Positions 54,390 to 64,000 of a stretch of 64,000 nucleotides of DNA are shown piece after piece. Under the pieces are notes generated by a model that made no database searches, was not told the DNA's origin, and was given only the letters and a program-made list of their open reading frames with translations. A program made the position numbers and the translations under genes. The DNA is from the human T2T-CHM13v2.0 reference genome, Homo sapiens, in NCBI RefSeq assembly GCF_009914755.1, contig NC_060948.1; one strand, 5' to 3'. Position 1 is the stretch's first letter. Each line of letters starts with the position of its first letter.

Positions 54390-57300
54390 GGCCTGGAATA
54401 AAGTGGAATGCTACGGTCTCGAATGGAATAAAAATGTATGGAATGGAATGCAATGAAATGGAATCGAATGTCATAGAATGTAATGGAATGCAACAAAATG
54501 GAATCCAAAATCATTGACTGGAAAGGCTGGGTGTCGAAAGGAATTGACTCCAATGGAATGGAATCGAATGGAATGGAAGTGAATAGAATCGAACTAAATC
54601 GAATGGAATGGAATTGATAGGAACGGAATGGAAAGGAATGCAATGATTTGGCATGGAATGGAATCGAATGGCATCGAATGGAATGGAATGGAATGCAATG
54701 GAATGGAATGTATTAGAATGTAATGAACTTTAATGGAATGTACTCGAATGGATTCGACTGGAATGGAATGTTCTGGAAGTGAATGGACTCCAATGGAATG
54801 GATTCCAAAGGAATGGAATCGTACGGAATGGAATCTAATGGAATGGAATTAAATGGAAATGAATCAAATTGAATAGCACGGAATTGAATTGAATGGAATG
54901 GAATGCAATGGAATCTAATGAAACGGAAAGGAAAGGAATGGAATGGAATGGAATGGGCTGGAATGGAAAGGAATCGAAACGAATGGAATGGAATCGAACT
55001 GAAGAGACTGGAATGGAATGCACTGGAATGGAAGGGAGTGTAATGGAAGGTTCTCGAAAAAAATGGAATCGAATGGAATGGAATTGAATGGAACGGAATA
55101 GAGTCGAATGGAATTGAATGGAATGGAATGGACTAGAGTGAAATGGAATCGAACCACAAGGAATGGACAGGAATAGAATGGTCTCGAATTGAATGGAATC
55201 GTATGGAATGGCATCAAACGGAATGGAATGGACAGCCACGGAATGGAATGCACTCGAATGCAATGGAGTCGAAACTAATGGACTGGAATAGAATGGACTC
55301 GACTGGTACGGACTCCAATGGAATGGAATCGAATGGAAGGGAATCGAACGTAATGGACTCGAAGGGAAAAGACTGCAATGGAAAGGTCTCGAATGGAATG
55401 GAAATTAATGGAATGGAATGGAATCGAATGAAATGGAGTCAAAAGGAATGGAATCGAATGGCAAGAAATCGAATGTAATGGAATCGCAAGGAATTGATGT
55501 GAACGGAACGGAATGGAATGGAATCCAAAGGAATGGAATAGAATGGAATGGAATCGAATGGAAAGGACTCGAATGGAAATCACTCGAATAGAATGCAATT
55601 TAATAAAATAGGATCAAATGTAATGGAATGGAATGGAAAGGAATCGAAACGAAAGGAATGGAGACAGATGGAATGGAATGGAACAGAGAGCAATGGTATA
55701 GAATGGAATGGAATCATCTGGAATGGAATTGAATGGAATGGAATAATATGAAATGGAATGGAATGGAATGGAATGGAATGGAATGGAATGCCCTTGAATT
55801 AAATGGACTGGAATGGAATGGACTCGAACAGAGTGGAATGGAAAGTGTTGAGATAGAATGGAATGGACTCCTTTGGAATGGTCTAGTATGCAATGCAATC
55901 GACTGTCAGGGAATCAAAAGGAATGTAATCGAATGGATTGGACTGGAATGCAATGGACTCGAATAGATTGGAAACGGAATGCAAAGGAATGGAATGGAAT
56001 AGTATGGAATGGAATGGAAAGGAATGGAGTGGAATAGACTAGAGTGGAATGGAATGGACTGGAAAGCAATGGACTGGAATGGAACTTTCTTGAATGGACT
56101 GGAATCAAACGGAATGGAATGCAATGCAATCAAATGGCATGGAATAAAATAGAATGAAAGAGAATCAAATGGAATTGAATCGAATGGAATCGAATGGATT
56201 GGAAAGGAATAGAATGGAATGGAATGGAATTGACTCAAATGGAATGGACTAGAATGGAATGGATTCGAATGGAAGGCAAAGGAATGGAATCTATTGGAAT
56301 GGACTGTAATGGAATGGAACGGAAGGGATTGGAATGGACTCGAATGGAATGGACTGCAATAGAAAGGATTCGAATGGAATGAAAAAGAATTGAATGGAAT
56401 AGAACAGAATGGAATCAAATCGAATGAAATGGAATGGAATAGAAAGGAATGGAATGAAATGGAATGGAAAGGATTCGAATGGAATGCAATCGAATGGAAT
56501 GGAATCGAACGGAATGGAATAAAATGGAAGAAAACTGGCAAGAAATGGAATCGAAATGAATGGAGTGTTATGGAACGGACTCAAAAGGAATTGAATGTAA
56601 TAGAATGGAGTGGAGTGGACTCGAATATAATGGACTGGAATGGAATGAAATCACATGGAATGGGAACGAATGGAATGGAATGGAAAGGAATGGAATCGAA
56701 TGGAAAGGAATCGAATGGAAGGGAATGAAATTGAATCAACACGAATGGAAGGGAATAGAATAGACGGTAATGGAATGGACTCGAATAGAATGGACACGAA
56801 TGCTCAAATTGAATGGATTCGAATGGAATGGAAACGAAAGGAATGTCATCGAATGGAATTGAATCGATTGGAATGAAATCGCATAGAATGGAGTGGAATC
56901 AAATGGAATTGAATCGAAAGGAAAGGAAGCGAATGGACTGAAATGAAATGGAATGGAATTGAATGGAAAGTAATGCAATGGAATAGAATGGAACGAAATT
57001 TCACGGAATGGAATCAAACTGAATGGAATCAAATCAATGGAATCTAATCAAATGGAATGGAAAGGAATTGAATGGAGTAGATTGGATTGGATGGGATTGG
57101 AATGAAATGTACTGGAAAGGACTCGAATTTCATGAAACGGAATGGAATGAATTGGAACGGAATGGACTCGAATGGAATGGAATGTCATGGAATGGCATCA
57201 AATGGAATGGCATCAAATGGAATGGAATCGAATGCAATGGAATGCTATGGAATGGAATGGAATGCATTGGAATGGAATGTCCTCTAATGGAATGGATTCG

Positions 57301-57963
57301 AGTGGAATGGAATCGAATATAATGGAGTCGAATGAAATGGAATTGAAAGGAATGGGATCGAATATAATGGAATATACTGGAATGTAATGTAATGAACTCG
57401 AATGTAATTGACTGGAATGGAATGTACATGAATGGAATGTAATCGAATGGAAAGTAATCCAATGGAATAGAATCTAATGCAATAAAATCGACTCAGATAG
57501 AGTAGAATGTAATGGAATGGAGTGCAGTGCAATGGAATGGAATGGAATGGAATGCAATGGAATGGAATGGAATGGAATGGAATGGAATGGAATGGAATGG
57601 GATGGAATGGTATGGAATGGACAGTAATGGACTGGAGTGAAATGGACTGGAAAGGAATGGACTCAAATTGAAAGGGCTCGAAAGGAATGGAGTCAAATGG
57701 AATGGTCTGGAATGGAATGAACACGAATGTAATGCAATCCAATAGAATGGAGTCGAATGGCATGGAATATAAAGAAATGGAATCGAAGAGAATGGAAACA
57801 AATGGAATGGAATTGAATGGAATGGAATTGAATGGAATGGGAACGAATGGAGTGAAATTTTATGCAGTAGAAGAGAATAGAATGGAATGCAAGAGAAACG
57901 AAAGGAATGGATTGGAATGGAATGGAATTCATTGGAATGGAAGGGAATGTAGTGTAATGGACA
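54390..57963. repeat. DYZ1 unit 16, 3574 bp
   Basis: GGCC at 54390 and 57964. Confidence 0.9.
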
Positions 57964-60900
57964 GGCCTGGAATAAAGTGGAATGCTACGGTCTCGAATGG
58001 AATAAAAATGTATGGAATGGAATGCAATGAAACGGAATCGAATGTCATAGAATGTAATGGAATGCAAAAAAATGGAATCCAAAATCATTGACTGGAAAGG
58101 CTGGGTGTCGAAAGGAATTGACTCCAATGGAATGGAATCGAATGGAATGGAAGTGAATAGAATCGAACTAAATCGAATGGAATGGAATTGATAGGAACGG
58201 AATGGAAAGGAATGCAATGATTTGGCATGGAATGGAATCGAATGGCATCGAATGGAATGGAATGGAATGCAATGGAATGGAATGTATTAGAATGAAATGA
58301 ACTTTAATGGAATGTACTCGAATGGATTCGACTGGAATGGAATGTTCTGGAAGTGAATGGACTCCAATGGAATGGATTCCAAAGGAATGGAATCGTACGG
58401 AATGGAATCTAATGGAATGGAATTAAATGGAAATGAATCAAATTGAATAGCACGGAATTGAATTGAATGGAATGGAATGCAATGGAATCTAATGAAACGG
58501 AAAGGAAAGGAATGGAATGGAATGGAATGGGCTGGAATGGAAAGGAATCGAAACGAATGGAATGGAATCGAACTGAAGAGACTGGAATGGAATGCACTGG
58601 AATGGAAGGGAGTGTAATGGAAGGTTCTCGAAAAAAATGGAATCGAATGGAATGGAATTGAATGGAACGGAATAGAGTCGAATGGAATTGAATGGAATGG
58701 AATGGACTAGAGTGAAATGGAATCGAACCACAAGGAATGGACAGGAATAGAATGGTCTCGAATTGAATGGGATCGTATGGAATGGCATCAAACGGAATGG
58801 AATGGACAGCCACGGAATGGAATGCACTCGAATGCAATGGAGTCGAAACTAATGGACTGGAATAGAATGGACTCGACTGGTACGGACTCCAATGGAATGG
58901 AATCGAATGGAAGGGAATCGAACGGAATGGACTCGAAGGGAAAAGACTGCAATGGAAAGGTCTCGAATGGAATGGAAATTAATGGAATGGATTGGAATCG
59001 AATGAAATGGAGTCAAAAGGAATGGAATCGAATGGCAAGAAATCGAATGTAATGGAATCGCAAGGAATTGATGTGAACGGAACGGAATGGAATGGAATCC
59101 AAAGGAATGGAATAGAATGGAATGGAATCGAATGGAAAGGACTCGAATGGAAATCACTCGAATAGAATGCAATTTAATAAAATAGGATCAAATGTAATGG
59201 AATGGAATGGAAAGGAATCGAAACGAAAGGAATGGAGACAGATGGAATGGAATGGAACAGAGAGCAATGGTATAGAATGGAATGGAATCATCTGGAATGG
59301 AATTGAATGGAATGGAATAATATGAAATGGAATGGAATGGAATGGAATGGAATGCCCTTGAATTAAATGGACTGGACTCGAACAGAGTGGAATGGAAAGT
59401 GTTGAGATAGAATGGAATGGACTCCTTTGGAATGGTGTAGTATGCAATGCAATCGACTGGCATGGAATCAAAAGGAATGTAATGGAATGGATTGGACTGG
59501 AATGCAATGGACTCGAATAGATTGGAAACGGAATGCAAAGGAATGGAATGGAATAGTATGGAATGGAATGGAAAGGAATCGAGTGGAATAGACTAGAGTG
59601 GAATGGAATGGACTGGAAAGCAATGGACTGGAATGGAACTTTCTTGAATGGACTGGAATCAAACGGAATGGAATGCAATGCAATCAAATGGCATGGAATA
59701 AAATAGAATGAAAGAGAATCAAATGGAATTGAATTGAATGGAATCGAATGGATTGGAAAGGAATAGAATGGAATGGAATGGAATTGACTCAAATGGAATG
59801 GACTAGAATGGAATGGATTCGAATGGAAGGCAAAGGAATGGAATCTATTGGAATGGACTGTAATGGAATGGAATGGAAGGGATTGGAATGGACTCGAATG
59901 GAATGGACTGCAATAGAAAGGATTCGAATGGAATGAAAAAGAATTGAATGGAATAGAACAGAATGGAATCAAATCGAATGAAATGGAATGGAATAGAAAG
60001 GAATGGAATGAAATGGAATGGAAAGGATTCGAATGGAATGCAATCGAATGGAATGGAATCGAACGGAATGGAATAAAATGGAAGAAAACAGGCAAGAAAT
60101 GGAATCGAAAGGAATGGAGTGTTATGGAACGGACTCAAAAGGAATTGAATGTAATAGAATGGAGTGGAGTGGACTCGAATATAATGGACTGGAATGGAAT
60201 GAAATCACATGGAATGGGAACGAATGGAATGGAATGGAAAGGAATGGAATCGAATGGAAAGGAATCAAATGGAAGGGAATGAAATTGAATCAACAGGAAT
60301 GGAAGGGAATAGAATAGACGGTAATGGAATGGACTCGAATAGAATGGACACGAATGCTCAAATTGAATGGACTCGAATGGAATGGAAAAGAAAGGAATGT
60401 CATCGAATGGAATTGAATCGATTGGAATGAAATCGCATAGAATGGAGTGGAATCAAATGGAATTGAATCGAAAGGAAAGGAAGCGAATGGACTGAAATGA
60501 AATGGAATGGAATTGAATGGAAAGTAATGCAATGGAATAGAAGGGAACGAAATTTCACGGAATGGAATCAAACTGAATGGAATCAAATCAATGGAATCAA
60601 ATCAAACGGAATGGAAAGGAATTGAATGGAGTAGATTGGATTGGATGGGATTGGAATGTAATGTACTGGAAAGGACTCGAATTTCATGAAACGGAATGGA
60701 ATGAATTGGAACGGAATGGACTCGAATGGAATGGAATGTCATGGAATGGCATCAAATGGAATGGCATCAAATGGAATGGAATCGAATGCAATGGAATGCT
60801 ATGGAATGGAATGGAATGCATTGGAATGGAATGTCCTCTAATGGAATGGATTCGAGTGGAATGGAATCGAATATAATGGAGTCGAATGAAATGGAATTGA

Positions 60901-61522
60901 AAGGAATGGGATCGAATACAATGGAATATACTGGAATGTAATGTAATGAACACGAATGTAATTGACTGGAATGGAATGTACATGAATGGAAGGTAATCGA
61001 ATGGAAAGTAATCCAATGGAATAGAATCTAATGCAATAAAACCGAATCAGATAGAGTAGAATGTAATGGAATGGAGTGCAGTGCAATGGAATGGAATGGA
61101 ATTGAATGCAATGGAATGGAATGGAATGGAATGGAATGGAATGGAATGGAATGGTATGGAAAGGATAGTAATGGACTGGAGTGAAATGGACTGGAGTGAA
61201 ATGGACTGCAAAGGAATGGACTCAAATTGAAAGGGCTCGAAAGGAATGGAGTCAAATGGAATGGTCTGGAATGGAATGAACACGAATGTAATGCAATCCA
61301 ATAGAATGGAATCGAATGGCATGGAATATAAAGAAATGGAATCGAAGAGAATGGAAACAAATGGAATGGAATTGAATGGAATGGAATTGAATGGAATGGG
61401 AACGAATGGAGTGAAATTGTATGCAGTAGAAGGGAATAGAATGGAATGCAAGCGAAAGGAAAGGAATGGATTGGAATGGAATGGAATTCATTGGAATGGA
61501 AGGGAATGTAGTGTAATGGACA
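57964..61522. repeat. DYZ1 unit 17, 3559 bp
   Basis: GGCC at 57964 and 61523; private 15-bp duplication near 61173-61202. Confidence 0.9.
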
Positions 61523-64000
61523 GGCCTGGAATAAAGTGGAATGCTACGGTCTCGAATGGAATAAAAATGTATGGAATGGAATGCAATGAAACGGAATCGA
61601 ATGTCATAGAATGTAATGGAATGCAAAAAAATGGAATCCAAAATCATTGACTGGAAAGGCTGGGTGTCGAAAGGAATTGACTCCAATGGAATGGAATCGA
61701 ATGGAGTGGAAGTGAATAGAATCGAACTAAATCGAATGGAATGGAATTGATAGGAACGGAATGGAAAGGAATGCAATGATTTGGCACGGAATGGAATCGA
61801 ATGGCATCGAATGGAATGGAATGGAATGCAATGGAATGGAACGTATTAGAATGTAATGAACTTTAATGGAATGTACTCGAATGGATTCGACTGGAATGGA
61901 ATGTTCTGAAAGTGAATGGACTCCAATGGAATGGATTCAAAAGGAATGGAATCGTACGGAATGGAATCTAATGGAATGGAATTAAATGGAAATGAATCAA
62001 ATTGAATAGCATGGAATTGAATTGAATGGAATCGAATGCAATGGAATCTAATGAAACGGAAAGGAAAGGAATGGAATGGAATGGAATGGGCTGGAATGGA
62101 AAGGAATCGAAACGAATGGAACGGAATCGAACTGAAGAGACTGGAATGGAATGCACTGGAATGGAAGGGAGTGTAATGGAAGGTTGTCGAAAAAAATGGA
62201 ATCGAATGGAATGGAATTGAATGGAACGGAATAGAGTCGAATGGAATTGAATGGAATGGAATGGACTAGAGTGAAATGGAATCGAACCACAAGGAATGGA
62301 CAGGAATAGAATGGTCTCGAATTGAATGGAATCGTATGGAATGGCATCAAACGGAATGGAATGGACAGCCACGGAATGGAATGCACTCGAATGCAATGGA
62401 GTCGAAACTAATGGACTGGAATAGAATGGACTCGACTGGTACGGACTCCAATGGAATGGAATCGAATGGAAGGGAATCGAACGGAATGGACTCGAAGGGA
62501 AAAGACTGCAATGGAAAGGTCTCGAAAGGAATGGAAATAAATGGAATGGAATGGAATCGAATGAAATGGAGTCAAAAGGAATGGAATCGAATGGCAAGAA
62601 ATCGAATGTAATGGAATCGCAAGGAATTGATGTGAACGGAACGGAATGGAATGGAATCCAAAGGAATGGAATAGAATGGAATGGAATCGAATGGAAAGGA
62701 CTCGAATGGAAATCACTCGAATAGAATGCAATTTAATAAAATAGGACCAAATGTAATGGAATGGAATGGAAAGGAATCGAAACGAAAGGAATGGAGACAG
62801 ACGGAATGGAATGGAACAGAGAGCAATGGTATAGAATGGAATGGAATCATCTGGAATGGAATTGAATGGAATGGAATAATATGAAATGGAATGGAATGGA
62901 ATGGAATGGAATGCCCTTGAATTAAATGGACTGGAATGGAATGGACTCGAACAGAGTGGAATGGAAAGTGTTGAGATAGAATGGAATGGACTCGTTTGGA
63001 ATGGTCTAGTAGGCAATGCAATCGACTGGCAGGGAATCAAAAGGAATGTAATCGAATGGATTGGACTGGAATGCAATGGACTCGAATAGATTGCAAACGG
63101 AATGCAAAGGAATGGAATGGAATAGTATGGAATGGAATGGAAAGGAATGGAGTGGAATAGAGTAGAGTGGAATGGAATGGACTGGAAAGAAATGGACTGG
63201 AATGGAACTTTCTTGAATGGACTGGAATCAAACGGAATGGAATGCAATGCAATCAAATGGCATGGAATAAAATAGAATGAAAGAGAATCAAATGGAATTG
63301 AATCGAATGGAATCGAATGGATTGGAAAGGAATAGAATGGAATGGAATGGAATTGAGTCAAATGGAATGGACTAGAATGGAATGGATTCGAATGGAAGGC
63401 AAAGGAATGGAATCTATTGGAATGGACTGTAATGGAATGGAATGGAAGGGATTGGAATGGACTCGAATGGAATGGACTGCAATAGAAAGGATTCGAATGG
63501 AATGAAAAAGAATTGAATGGAATAGAACAGAATGGAATGAAATCGAATGAAATGGAATGGAATAGAAAGGAATGGAAGGAAATGGAATGGAAAGGATTCG
63601 AATGGAATGCAATCGAATGGAATGGAATCGAACGGAATGGAATAAAATGGAAGAAAACTGGCAAGAAATGGAATCGAAATGAATGGAGTGTTATGGAACG
63701 GACTCAAAAGGAATTGAATGTAATAGAATGGAGTGGAGTGGACTCGAATATAATGGACTGGAATGGAATGAAATCACATGGAATGGGAACGAATGGAATG
63801 GAATGGAAAGGAATGGAATCGAATGGAAAGGAATCGAATGGAAGGGAATGAAATTGAATCAACAGGAATGGAAGGGAATAGAATAGACGGTAATGGAATG
63901 GACTCGAATTGAATGGACACGAATGCTCAAATTGAATGGACTCGAATGGAATGGAAACGAAAGGAATGTCATCGAATGGAATTGAATCGATTGGAATGAA
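61523..64000. repeat. Partial DYZ1 unit 18 (runs off window end)
   Basis: GGCC at 61523; colinear with the first ~2.5 kb of the other units. Confidence 0.9.

Larger units (their letters stand above)
1..64000. repeat. DYZ1: Human Satellite 3 array, DYZ1 (Yq12) ~3.56 kb tandem repeat; GGAAT strand on +
   Basis: Seen: continuous diverged (GGAAT)n with ~3.55 kb higher-order periodicity and one GGCC plus one conserved GAATTC per unit. Knowledge (from memory, not searched): DYZ1 is the 3.4-3.6 kb HaeIII/EcoRI male-specific repeat with a 3564-bp sequenced unit. The sequences TCCACTTTATTCCAGGCCTGTCC and TTGAATGGAATGGGAACGAATGG, which I recall as the classical DYZ1 sexing primers, are both present. 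Confidence 0.96.

Noticed and set aside
158-63886. Hundreds of ORFs in the six-frame track as protein-coding genes
   Set aside because: They are low-complexity translations of the pentamer (MEWNG/FHSIP) that overlap in all frames and recur per unit. They are opened and closed by random SNPs and 5/10-bp indels, and show no recognisable domain.
1-64000. CRISPR-like or other repeat-spacer array
   Set aside because: There are no unique spacers; the whole sequence is a tandem pentamer-derived satellite with a 3.56-kb period.
1-64000. HSat2, or HSat3 from chr9/acrocentric chromosomes
   Set aside because: It lacks the HSat2 CATTCGATTC-type ~23-26 bp organisation. The ~3.56-kb single-HaeIII/EcoRI unit with DYZ1 landmark sequences points to Yq12.
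1-64000. DYZ2 (AT-rich/Alu-containing) blocks, Alu/L1 insertions or strand inversions
   Set aside because: I looked for them and saw none: no poly-A tails, Alu sequence, AT-rich blocks or switch to the CATTC strand anywhere in the window.

Overview
The whole 64 kb window is one uninterrupted, single-orientation array of Human Satellite 3 (diverged GGAAT/CATTC pentamers). It is organised as ~3.56 kb tandem units that I identify as DYZ1 of the human Yq12 heterochromatin. The landmark GAATTC(EcoRI)...GGACAGGCCTGGAATAAAGTGG (HaeIII/StuI) recurs 18 times, with GGCC at 1923, 5467, 9042, 11708, 15282, 18816, 22379, 25968, 29537, 33071, 36620, 40194, 43763, 47307, 50841, 54390, 57964 and 61523. This gives 16 full units of 3534-3589 bp, one 2666-bp unit carrying a 903-bp internal deletion, and partial units at both ends. 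I see no genes, RNA genes, transposons, DYZ2/Alu blocks or inversions. All ORFs in the track are translations of the pentamer (MEWNG / FHSIP). I found no new gene-based system. The most interesting signals are structural and regulatory: (1) a deletion monomer sandwiched between two near-identical copies of one unit; (2) local haplotype clusters, tandem duplications and a mosaic two-unit periodicity; (3) recurrent 15-bp indels; (4) three perfect heat-shock-element motifs per unit, whose integrity varies between unit haplotypes. All comparisons were made by eye, so boundaries of duplicated tracts are approximate.
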